A DNA stretch of 60,314 nucleotides, counting the filler, from Sphacelaria rigidula (taxonomy: Eukaryota): the NCBI GenBank assembly GCA_964200075.2. It is 7 parts of 7 records of this genome, joined end to end, with 100 filler letters (N's around TTAATTAATTAA, not from the genome) between each part and the next. Parts side by side here need not be neighbours in the genome. Positions count along the whole stretch, not along the records: positions 17,265 to 25,794 come from CAXNAA020010870.1; positions 25,895 to 34,424 come from CAXNAA020010871.1; positions 34,525 to 43,054 come from CAXNAA020010872.1; 4 more parts are not named here. One strand, 5' to 3'. Positions 24,963-35,724 of this stretch are shown piece by piece. The notes under the pieces were generated by a model. That model saw nothing but the letters and a program-made list of their open reading frames with translations. It was not told where the DNA came from and searched no databases. Position 1 is the stretch's first letter. Each line of letters opens with the position of its first letter. Both the position numbers and the translations under genes were made by a program.

Positions 24963-25070
24963 TTAGGGCCGCACATAGTCTCATCATTCGCTGTGTTTAG
25001 TTAGTCCTTACGGGGTGGAAGGAGTTCCCGAGGACGATCCTGAAAAAAAAAAAGGAAAATTAGGATAATA

Positions 25071-25268
25071 GAGTTTCGGAAAACGCTTTTTTTGCCATTT
25101 CAGAGTAGAAATATTTCAGATCAGAGTGCAGAATTTGAAAAAGAAACTCATGAAAACAAAAGTCAAGAGGGTACTACATTTGAGGGAGGGGGATATAACT
25201 TCTCCTTACACTTCGATCATGAGATATTTGCACTCTGAAATGACAAAAAAAAACGTTTCCCGGAACTC
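25071..25268. mobile_element. ~200-bp MITE (copy of 19486-19686)
   Basis: Same TIRs, opposite orientation. Confidence 0.7.
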
Positions 25269-25389
25269 TAATCATAAAGCGCTTCAAACATGAACTCAGG
25301 TCCATCATTGCCTGCTAAAGACGACTTGCAAGTTGATTCAAAAACTGTTTTCCATGGATCATTGCTCCCGTAGCAACAATCCCGTTCAG

Positions 25390-25558
25390 ATTCGAAGTCA
25401 AGGGATTCACCCTCCGATTGCGAACCTCATCTCGGAAGGGCAGTCCCGACGAGTCTGGTGGGGTGAACAGTGGGGATATACCTCTTGTAGAGACGGAGGC
25501 GACGTCCATTCGAGGACCCACGGAACCACGGAAGCGCGGAAAGGACCACGACACTAGG
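25390..25558 (+). CDS. Candidate internal exon of an unidentified gene
   Basis: Acceptor cccgttcag and donor G|gtaaga flank an open frame FEVKGFTLRLRTSS...KDHDTR. No recognisable motif. Confidence 0.3.
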
Positions 25559-25794
25559 GTAAGACTTGTGGATCAACGGTCATGGTGTGTTATCATGTTA
25601 CCGTACAAACCAATGTGCATATCGGACCGAGAATAAAACTCGATATATATTTTTAGAATATCGAACCACAACCGCCGATATCGATATTTTTGTCGATATT
25701 CCGAAATGCCACGATACGTATCGAATATCGATATATCGATACGATACGGCTGTTTTGGTATGGCGGCAGTGTACAAGACCGAGCGGTACACTGG

Positions 25795-25894
25795 NNNNNN
25801 NNNNNNNNNNNNNNNNNNNNNNNNNNNNNNNNNNNNNNTTAATTAATTAANNNNNNNNNNNNNNNNNNNNNNNNNNNNNNNNNNNNNNNNNNNN
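25795..25894. other. Artificial contig linker
   Basis: 44N-TTAATTAATTAA-44N. Confidence 0.98.
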
Positions 25895-26088
25895 AAAAAA
25901 AAAAACATAACACTCCCCCGAGGGCCTGGGCCCCGGCCCGAAGTAAAAAAAGCGCCCCCCCCCCCCCCTCCCCCCGTGAGATTTTGGACGAACATGCATA
26001 CTCCAAACAAAATAGGGACAAGCAATTTAAATGTGCGATTTCCTTGTGGGCGCGCATCCCCGATGTTTGCTGCCATCTCCCGTTTTAG

Positions 26089-26912
26089 GAACAAGCACCA
26101 GATCCCCAGCAGTGCCAGCGCCGCCAGTCGTCCATCTCTCCTTCTCGCCATTCCCCCCCGCGGTCTCAATCGACGAGCGCTTCGTACCCTTTCCTCGACG
26201 GCGGTGATCTGACACGTCACTGGCAAGAATACGTGCTGTACATCGTCGATGTTTGTCGCAAAGCTGCCACCAAGGCCGCCACCGAACCGCCGACATCGGA
26301 CCTCAATTCTTTTCCACCGGACCTACAAGGCATCACTCACCACCGCCAGGTGTTTCGCCACCTCACCGAGTCTACCACAACCGCCACCGCAGAGAAAAAG
26401 AACGGATCGAGAATCGATCCGGGAACCGATCGGGAACCCGCCTCGGAAGCCGATCCTGGCGGCGATCCGGCCGGCCGCGTGCCAACCGGTGTGGGAATCG
26501 TTCCGGAGACTTGCGCTGAGAACACGCCGAAGACCGGCCCCGTGGTGGAGGCTCCGCTTCCACCGCCACCGCTGCCGCTACCTTGTGGGGACGAGGTGGA
26601 TAGCTTGAAGGATACAAGCGGATCAAGTGATGTTGCTAGCACCGATAGAGTACTGGTGTTGTTCGACATGAATGGAACCCTGTTGTACCGAGCCAAGCGT
26701 CCGCTGCCGTTACCGGAGGGCTGGAGCGATCCGCCCCAGCCCGCCTTTGAGCACGGAGATCCGGATCCTTTTCAGTATTTCTTTCGACCCGGTGCCCGTG
26801 AGCTCGTGGGGGCTGTGTCTCGCCATCGTCGGGCATGTGTGGCCTTTTACACATCGATGAGAGGGGTGAACGCCTTGCCGGCCGCCTTGTTCCTCATGCC
26901 AGAGGATTGCAG
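26089..26912 (+). CDS. FCP1/NIF-like HAD-superfamily phosphatase, internal exon A
   Basis: Acceptor ccgttttag; open frame with VLVLFDMNGTLLYR, YFFRPGAREL and VAFYTS; donor AG|gtagtg (phase 2). Confidence 0.85.
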
Positions 26913-28023
26913 GTAGTGCGTGCCGTCTTTTTTTGCCTTTTTGTGGAGTGTGTTTTCGTAAATATTCGCCGGGAAAAAATGCGGGGACGTTCGACGTTTT
27001 TTGTTTTAATGGTGGTCAAAACCTTTCGGGTTGTTCGTGTTGTCGAGAAAAAAGTTGTGCTTCTGTTGCATTGCACTGGCGTGTTTCTTACTGGATGAGA
27101 AGTGTATGATTGTACCCCTTGGTGTTAGATCTGCTGCTGCAGTCGTACATTATTCATTACTCGTAATAATAACGATGAATTTATTTACACACAAGTGCTC
27201 GTCGTGGATAGCCGAACGAACCTCTCTCCTATGGCCGTTGTCGCGCACGCGCAAGCAGTGTAGATCGCGATCTGTGACGCATCATCGCGCGCTGTACACA
27301 TGTACGCACGATGAAGAGTACCTGACTGTCCGATGTTGTACTCAGCTCTTCATGTCTCAAACCACTTTTCACGGGAACGAAAACGTGTTTTTTAGCCGAA
27401 ACTGCCGACGTTGGCCCTTCCGCAAGTTTATTTTCTCCCGTGCAAAAACGTCCAGGCGGACATTTGTCCACTCGAAATGATTTGTGCTGGATTGCGTGAG
27501 AGTATCCCGGTACACCTTGATGATTGCTTGGTGCGTGCACTTTGACGTTTGGTGGCGAAAAAAAAACGCACAACCCTTCCACATTTGCCAAAAGTGACGA
27601 CCACTATTTGGATCATGCGCAATTTAAGGGGTAGCTATTAATAGCAAATGTAGAAGACTTGCGCGATTTTTTTTTCACAACCGAAAGCCAAATTCGTACC
27701 TTCATAATAAGCACCGGAGTATGACGGACTCCTTTCACGCAATACTCGTAAAGCAAGTTGATAGTATCCGCCTGACCGTCTTTCACGCTGCAGAAGGCTC
27801 AGATGGCTTATTTTGGCCGAAAAACTTACTCTTCCCCGTATGAAGTGGTGCGATGCTCGTACATACCTGCACAGGAGCATGACTCAATAGACAAACCCGA
27901 CGCTTCCCCGCCCCTCCTTATTTACCCCCCCCCACCCCCCCCCCCCCCCCCCCCCCCTTTTTCCCCCCCCCCCCCCCCCCCCCCTCTCTTATTGTCGTTC
28001 GCTTCCATCGGAACACACACCAG

Positions 28024-28383
28024 ACCTGCACAACAGGACCCAGAGATCTACGACCGACCTTTCAACGCGCACGATCCAGACGGGGTCAACCATTGGGACA
28101 CCAAGAGGGATCTTCCAAAGATCTGGTCTACGGTCGGACGCGCCGGATACGGTTTCGCCGCTCACAACACCGTAATGGTGGATGACACTCCACGAAAAAT
28201 GCGGAACACAAACGCTGGGCTGGTGGTGGTCCCCGAATACGATGAGCGCAGCGTCGTGGCTGCTTTTTGTGTCAAGGGGAAGGGACAAGAGAGGTTGGAG
28301 GGGCTAGAGGGGAGGGATGGAGTGATGGAGGCGGCGGCGCGTGAGCAGACGGAGGTCATGCCACGAGTGATGGAGTACATCCT
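28024..28383 (+). CDS. FCP1/NIF-like phosphatase, exon B
   Basis: Phase-2 acceptor cag|a; KRDLPKIW and NTVMVDDTPRK (HAD motifs III and IV); donor CT|gtgagt (phase 2). Confidence 0.88.
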
Positions 28384-28814
28384 GTGAGTTTGGTGGTTTA
28401 AATCTTCTGTCGGATCAGTGTATGTGGGTTGTGTTCCCTGGTGCGTATTAGCGCCTGTTGGTATTGGGTATGGAGTCAGGTGCTGCTTATTTTGCGTGCC
28501 TTGAGTGGTGTGTTGTTCTGCATGCAAGAAACGCCTCCATACGCCACAAGAAACATGTTGTGTGTGTTCCCCCGCGCCTGTTCACACGGCGAATATACCC
28601 TTCGTTTTGTTTTCCAATCGTGCACCGTCGTCCCCAACCATGGATTGTGAGGAATGAAGCGCGCTGTGAGGGTGAGGGCATTGTGCAGTCGGTCGGTCTA
28701 TCTCGTCGTCCGTCCTTGTAGTGGTTTTCCCCAACCCCTCACCGTTTTGTTAATTCTTCTCCCCTTTCCTCTCCTTGTACTGCTCGGTGTTGTTTTTGTT
28801 TTGGGAAATCATAG

Positions 28815-29561
28815 ACAAAAAAGGGTATAAACTGCGGTGTTAGGGACAAAAAGGGTAGTGCACTGTTCGGTTCGTGGCGCTGAGCTGCAGGCGGGCTGGG
28901 CACCTCCAGAACACGTTCCAGCGCCTCAGCCCCACGCTCAACGTGCATGTCCAACCTTTTGTTTTTTACACACGGCAACAGACTCATCAGGGCACGGAAA
29001 ATGATATTTTCTCAGAGGACCCTATTTTGCCAACAAACCAGCCGGATATTCTCGACTCCGAGCTAAAAAGTTATACCGTGCCCTTTTCTGTTCACGTGCG
29101 TACCCTTTCCTATTCTTTGACGTACACTTGCACGTCTGTTTCTTTCCACGTGTGACCTTGCTGCGGGCTCCGCGGTGGACATTCAAACATTCCTTTTTTC
29201 CCGATATGCACCTAGCAGGAAGACGGGTAAGCCCAACGACCAAAAAATCGTAGCCTGCTGTCGGTTGTCCCGCAGTCCCGGAAGGGCACGACATAACTTT
29301 TGAGCTGAGCGTCGGGTATACCCGGCTGGTTTGTTGACAAAAAGGTTCTCTAAGTAGCTCTCATTTTTCGCGCCCTCATTGCGCTTGTTGCCGTGTGCGA
29401 AAAAAGGTAAAGATTGGGCATGCTGCCAAAGCACGTTGGGCGTGGGGCTGAGGCGCTGCAATGTGTTTTGGAGGTGTCCAGCCTGCCTGCAGCGCCGCAC
29501 CCTGAACCGAACAGTGCGTTACCCGTTTTCGTCCCTAAAACCACAGGTTTAACCCTTTTTG
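28815..29561. mobile_element. Intronic foldback element with long (roughly 250-bp) inverted arms
   Basis: 28840-28947 is inversely similar to 29431-29538, and similarity continues inward. Confidence 0.75.
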
Positions 29562-30605
29562 ATCCGTCCCCCTTTTTGTCTTTCATCTCTTTGTCCCCTC
29601 CTCCGCCTTTTTTGCGAGAGTTTGTTTCTGCTTTGCTTAGGCCGCTTCTTGTCGCGAATAAAAATCATAGCCTGGAAAACTGCCTTTTTAGACCTTTCGC
29701 GTAGTTTTACGCTCCAAAAGAGAGCCACAGTAGCCAGATTTGACACGTTGGAATTACTTGCTATACTCGTCGAGACTGCATCAGGACACCATTGCGAGTT
29801 CCGGTAGGTGCAGCTTAATTTTTCTGGCCAAACTTGTATATTCGTGCAACAACGGTCAAGAATGGTCAAACCTAGAAAAAACTGCTTGTAGGGCCATTTT
29901 TCATGAAAAAACTCTCAGACAGCGAGACTTTTCCAGATCTATGGGAAACAAGTGGTCAGTTTTCAGTGAGATCCAACTGTTGGAAAGGGGCGCTCCGTCA
30001 CACATTCCTCGCATACCGCACCCGCAGTGCACGCAATGGATGTGGATGTAGACGATGTGGATAAAGACTAAATACTTGTAGCTGCTTGAGGTATGCTGCC
30101 CCGAAAATCCCGGTGTGATACTCATTAAGACGCTGGAATACCCATCGCGCAACTTCTGAACGCGGCACAACTATCAATGGCACTGGCGATGGCGAGGTGG
30201 AATTTGTATGCAGTGTGCTGTTGCGTGCCGCCTGCTGCTGCGTGGATGTGGGCGTGAATGATTGATACCCGTGAGGCGCACGCTGGATTCTGTTTTAATA
30301 TGCAAATGACCACTACCACCGTCTACACGCAGGCTAGATAGATCATGGCCTTCTGTGTGCAATGCCCCCGGGAAGTTTTCACGAACTATGGGGCGGGCTT
30401 TTGAAAACGGGATGCTCTGAAAAAAGTCACTGAAGGAAAAATTATCCGACGTACATTTTGTTTAGTGACTTGTTTTAGACCATCACAGGCGACCTCACCT
30501 TGGTACGTATATCTTGAGAACAACGCTGACTCCCTCGGCATCAGTTAATGCGTGACTATCTCTGTCCTAAACCTCGTACACATTCGTTGCTTGCTCAACG
30601 ACCAG

Positions 30606-31371
30606 GCGCCTACTGGACGAGAGCGGGGCTGACATTCGACCGTTCATGGAGCGCAACCCCTTCCGAATTCACACATCTGCGTTGGATACCCCGCCGTTCA
30701 TCCCCACCCCCACCACGGTTAACGGTATCGACGCCTGTCCAGCGGAGCAAAAACGAGTCCTGGAACCGAAGGCTGCCGCTGATGCCCCCCTTGCTCATAG
30801 AACAGCCGGTGTTCTTGAAAGTCAAGCGGGAGGAGAGGAAGCAAGCTTCTCTTTGCTGAATGCCGTTCACCTTGTGCTAACCACTGGCCCACTGGCGGGC
30901 TTTTTCGACTCCTGCGCGAGTTCCGGGTCGCTTCCCTCGCCGGCGCCCGACAACGGTGTAAAAGGAGAAGCATGTTTGGATCCTGCAGCAACAGGTGGAC
31001 ACACAAATAGCCTGGTCGGTACTACCGCTGAAACTGCAGCGGCGAGTGACAACGCTGCAGGCGTCGAGGCAGAACAGCGGAGGGATGCCCATGACGGCGG
31101 TACTGCAGGCATTCCGAAGGTGGTGGCGGGCAGCAAACCCGCGTGGAACGACACGACGGGCTGTAGCGGCAAGTGGCCGTTGCCAGTTGCTTTTTCGAAG
31201 GTTCGCGAAATGTTGGAAGAAGTGTGTTCCACGGCCGAGCGATTGAACTTCTGGCGGGTGGACAAGGAGGCACTAGAACGTTACCTAGAAGCGGTGAACG
31301 CCGGAGTAGAGGTAGCGGGGCAGAGGATGCCGTTAGTGCCGGCGGCTTCAGAGAACTTGTGCCCGAGGTAG
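30606..31371 (+). CDS. FCP1/NIF-like phosphatase, exon C (3' boundary uncertain)
   Basis: Phase-2 acceptor cag|g joins to give MEYILRLLDESGADIRPFMERNPF, a typical NIF-domain end. It ends at TAG 31369-31371 or at a donor at 31368. Confidence 0.8.
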
Positions 31372-31813
31372 TGGAGCACAAAACGTAGTAGTTTTCAGCC
31401 GAATCAGCGAAGTTTTGTACTTTTTGCGTAGTCGGGATATTTCCAATAACTTTTTCGCGTGCTCATCCCAGCGACTGCTTGATCCCGAAGCTTGAGGGTC
31501 GGGAATTACTAGGCATCCACTCCAGATATGCCGAAACAAAAACATCTTTGCGCTCGAAATTGAGCGACTCATGGGTTGATTTCACGTGCCCGAGGTAATG
31601 GAGCACAAAATGTAGTAGTTTTCAGCCGAAACAACGAAGTTTTGTACTTATTGCGTAGTCGGCCTTACTTTCAATAGTTTTTTCGCGTACTTATCCCAGT
31701 GACTGCTTGATCCCGAAGCTTGGGGGTCGGGAATAACTAGGTATCCGCTCCCGGTATGGCGAAACAAAAATATTTTTGCGCTCAAAATTGAGCGACTCGC
31801 GGGCTGATTTTAC
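31359..31813. repeat. Tandem duplication of a 227-bp unit
   Basis: Units begin gtgcccgaggta at 31359 and 31586. Confidence 0.85.
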
Positions 31814-31940
31814 AGGGGTGTTTCTGCCCGTTTTTGTCATATACTGTCCATGTCAAGTTGATGGTGAGGAGCATATATACAAGTAATGCATTTCATCTTT
31901 TTCGCCGTTGAAGAAGAGCCTTGGATGCAGGTGCACTTTT

Positions 31941-32157
31941 CACTTGATTTTAGAATACGGCTAAACGGGGTCATTCCGTCGTTCCCACAAGCTCTGAGAG
32001 GCCAGCATTTGCTCACACTTGATTTTAGAGTACGGCGGACCGGTGTCATTCGGTCGTTCTCAGAAGCTCAGAGAGATCAGCATTTGCTCTTACTTGATTT
32101 TAGATTACAGCGAAACGGGATCATTTCGTTCTCCCAAGCTCTGATAAAGCAGCATTG
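31941..32157. repeat. Tandem repeat, about 3 copies of ~75 bp
   Basis: acttgattttaga...aagctc recurs three times. Confidence 0.8.
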
Positions 32158-32606
32158 CATGATTCCCCTTCAGGAGGTTTCGGGAGCATCGCTTCCACGG
32201 TAGTGCTCTGCATGGTGTTTTCCGCCTTCTTTCCTCGCCATGGCTGTACACCCTTCGTGCGTCCATGTCACACCGCACACAGGACTGTCAGAATCGTTCC
32301 CAGAGGCTCTGAGACAGGTTCACTTTTTCACTTGCTTCTAGAATACGGCGAAGCGGGGTCTCTCCGTGACCCTTCGATCGTCGGAGACTCTTACCGTATA
32401 CAGGTGACTTGAAAATTGAATCAGAATCATGTCAGTTGGATGGGTTGTGCGGAACTCCTCTCCGTCCAATCTCGGCGCACACGGGAAGCATGTTGTGATC
32501 TTGCCCGCATGTCGAATTGTCTCGACTGTACTTCCCTTTTCCTGTCTCTGAACTGCTGTTGTTTCTGCTGCTTCTGCTCTGCCATACATGCGTTTTTTCG
32601 TCATGA

Positions 32607-33050
32607 AACACGGGATCTTACAAATTGGGGATGGATCTTTTATTGGGGATGACAAACCCGGAGGATGAAAATCTTCGTATCCACACCAGATCTTCGAAAT
32701 CTGGTTTCATTTCTTCGCCTACAGGTAGCTTTTGACAACTACTACACGCCATACGAATTTGGATCTCGACAACCAAAGTGTTTGGGTCCTAGGTGCAAAA
32801 CCAATTTTGGGGAGTTTTGAGTGTCTGAACGGACGCCGAAATGGTTCAGAAACTGGTTTTTCACCTGGGATCCCAACATTTCGGTGATCGAAATCCAAGT
32901 TTCTATGGCGTATAACAGTTGTCAACAGCTATCAGTAGGTGAAAAATTGGAACCAAATCTCGAAGATTTGGTGTGGATACGAAGATTTTTATTCTCCAGG
33001 TTTCTCATCCTCAATAAAAGATCCATCCCCGATTTGTAAGATTCCGTGTT
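32607..33050. mobile_element. MITE with ~100-bp TIRs, AACA...TGTT ends and a 4-bp TSD
   Basis: atga|aacacgggatcttacaaat ... atttgtaagattccgtgtt|atga. Confidence 0.8.
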
Positions 33051-33091
33051 ATGAGGTGCCGGCTTCCATTTTTCGTATTTTAGTCGGTAGA

Positions 33092-33630
33092 CGGTCGCTC
33101 TGGTGGCTCAGTTGGTAACCCCGAAACCTTATGGCGGTTGGGTCGTCGGTTCGAACCTAAGTGCAGTCGCACCATCTGGAATTTTATCTCACACCGCATG
33201 TTCAACAGTGGACAGCGACTACAATGTTTTCGTGAGATTGAGAGTAGAGCGCTGTTGAGACTGGCTTTGACTATTCGTTTCAACGAAGCCAGTTTTTCAT
33301 TCCATGTCTGCTTTTCTTCGCCTCTAGCACTGACGTGTGCATACAGCTACACGTCGATATCTTGCTCAGGGGTATCAAGGGTCTCAGTGGCAAGCTCCTA
33401 CAGTACAGAGAGCATCTTGAGCCTCGTGGAGGGGCATTTCGGAACTGAAACGATTCATTGACTAATTGACCGCTTTTCACTCTCAATCGTATCTTCTATT
33501 CTCAATCTCACGAAAACATTGTTTACGGTTTGTCGTGAGTAGACAGAATTCGGTTTAATGGTCGACGAGCGAAATGAACCGCTGAACCCCTCTCGCGATG
33601 AAAAAGTAAGGCGACCACCGCAGAATTTCC
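33092..33630 (+). mobile_element. tRNA-derived SINE family 1, interrupted by a MITE
   Basis: A box tggctcagttgg and B box ggttcgaacc; the body resumes after 33523. Confidence 0.7.
33220..33523. mobile_element. ~300-bp MITE (family B)
   Basis: TIRs acaatgttttcgtgagattgagagtaga and tctattctcaatctcacgaaaacattgt. Full copy at 59693-59992; partial copies at about 43158-43224 and 51619-51684. Confidence 0.85.
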
Positions 33631-34424
33631 TGTGTCGACCTCCCTTTTGTGTTACACGTAAGGCACACAACTACTGTATCAGCATGGATATCGCATCATG
33701 GTCTCGACTTCACTTCATTTGTACTGTTTGAACCCTTTTGGGACCGGAATCCCAGACACATGTGGTTTGCACGCAGGGGCGTTTCCATGAATCGGTAATA
33801 TTTTTAGTTGGAAACGATTGAAAATCATGTCGATTCATGCACAAAGGCCCCTGCGTGCATATCGCATGTTTCTGGGGATTCCGTAACAAAAGGGTTCATC
33901 CTTTGACCGGTAGGGTAGTTTATCTCGACCACGCTGTAGTTTGTGAAGTCCAAGTAACTGATGCCGATTCAACAACAGATGACCTATCATGGCGGTCAAA
34001 TGGTCAAATTCGTTGCCACTATATGGGTTCTTAGTTTGCGGGGGCGGTCAGTTCCTCAGGTTCACTTTTGATTGTGATGCGTTGTTTTGAGCCTTCCTAC
34101 ATGCTCATCATCCATGTTGCTCTTCGGGCTGAAAACGAAACAAACAAGAAGTTTTTTTTCAAATCGAAGCGGCATCATGCTCATGAAACAGTCAGAAGAC
34201 ACGACAATTTTTTCCCGCCGCTTTCATCAACCATTTGACAGCGAAAATTAGGCAATCTGTTGAAGTGGCATCAATTACACTCAATGAAAGTGTCTACGAT
34301 CCAGATTTGCTACCGTGCTCAGTCCATGAGCTTACACAACGCACACAGCTATCACCGGTGCTCATGTACCTTGGCTGTCGATCCACTGATCGTGGCGGCG
34401 AAGCCGGAGAAACGCCACGTTGCG

Positions 34425-34524
34425 NNNNNNNNNNNNNNNNNNNNNNNNNNNNNNNNNNNNNNNNNNNNTTAATTAATTAANNNNNNNNNNNNNNNNNNNN
34501 NNNNNNNNNNNNNNNNNNNNNNNN
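34425..34524. other. Artificial contig linker
   Basis: 44N-TTAATTAATTAA-44N. Confidence 0.98.
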
Positions 34525-34799
34525 CACGCATGGTCATGAGTACGCCCCCCCCCGCCCCCCCCTCGCCCTATAGGAGCATGGCTCAAATGTGAAATGTGTT
34601 CCGAACAATCCCGTATGGTCCGGCAGGGCATCGAGCCTTGTCCCGAACAATCTGGTATGGATCTGAAGGGGCATTCACCGATAATATACCTCTTTTTTTT
34701 ATTCTTCAGTGAATACCCGAAATTCAGCCGCAATGACCTACAACACAAGATTGTATTTGTGTGTTTGTGTGTTTTCTCTGCGTTTTCTCCGTTGTGCAG

Positions 34800-34945
34800 G
34801 TTTTGAAGATGGTGAAGGGCGACAACGAGCTGGGGATTAAGTTTGACCGTATTGTTATCGACACTGCCCCCACCGGACACACCCTGAGAATGCTCAGCTA
34901 TCCGGAGTTCCTGGACGGTTTCTTCGAGAAGATAATCAAAATCAG
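34800..34945 (+). CDS. GET3: GET3/ArsA (ASNA1-family) ATPase, internal exon A
   Basis: FDRIVIDTAPTGHTLRMLSYPEFLD contains the DTAPTGH switch II signature; acceptor gtgcag, donor AG|gtgtcg (phase 2). Confidence 0.92.
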
Positions 34946-35242
34946 GTGTCGTAGACGCGAAAGTTGGCATCAGACAACACGAAGTGACTTTTGAGTACAA
35001 CACTATTTCTGCACTCGAGTACTGGACGAGTAATCCCCCCAAGTCCAACAAAAGGAGATGGAACGGACATGGTACGCTTGTGTATGTGCATTTGTTGTCC
35101 CTCGCGAACTACTCCAAGTGTTTTCCGAGCATGAAATTATTTCACGTTTCGATTTCCGTCATTCGACTTTTTTTCATTGTCTCCCCTATTTCTCTTGTTG
35201 TCTTCTCCCTTTATTCATTGTATTTATTTTTCATCTGTTTAT

Positions 35243-35460
35243 TTATTCATTCATCTATTCATCTATTCATCTATTCATCTATTCATCTAGTCATGTATTC
35301 TGCTATTCATCCATTCGTCTATGCATCTATGCATCTATTCCTATCTATCCATCTATTCATCTATTCATCTAGTCATCATCTGTTCTTCGTTTCACCTATT
35401 CATTTATTCATTTTTCCATCTTTTAATCTACTAATCTACTCATTATTTTACTCATCTACT
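35243..35460. repeat. Degenerate (ctattcat)n microsatellite
   Basis: Visible tandem 8-mer. Confidence 0.85.
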
Positions 35461-35724
35461 CTCCTTCTGTGCACTTTCATGTGTAATGTTTACCGTGTAC
35501 TGTTATGGGGGTGATTGGGGCCCGTTTTCGGGCACTATATACCTGGAAAATAGACCGACCAACTCCACAGTATCAATCACAAGTACACGCGTCACTCGAA
35601 ATGACGTCGGCGCTCATACAAAATGTACTATTGCTACACGAGCTGGGCCAGCCTAGAGGCGGATTTGAAGTTTGCAGGCCCATGCTCTTTCATACATTTA
35701 GAGTTGGACCCCAAAATTTGGTAT

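Noticed and set aside
33092..33170. tRNA genes here and at 7413, 23960-24050, 40323 and 51368
   Set aside because: A and B boxes are present but I could not fold intact cloverleaves, and most continue into a shared repeat body typical of SINEs.
34984..35514. 176-aa hydrophobic membrane-like ORF
   Set aside because: It is a translation of the intronic (ctattcat)n microsatellite.
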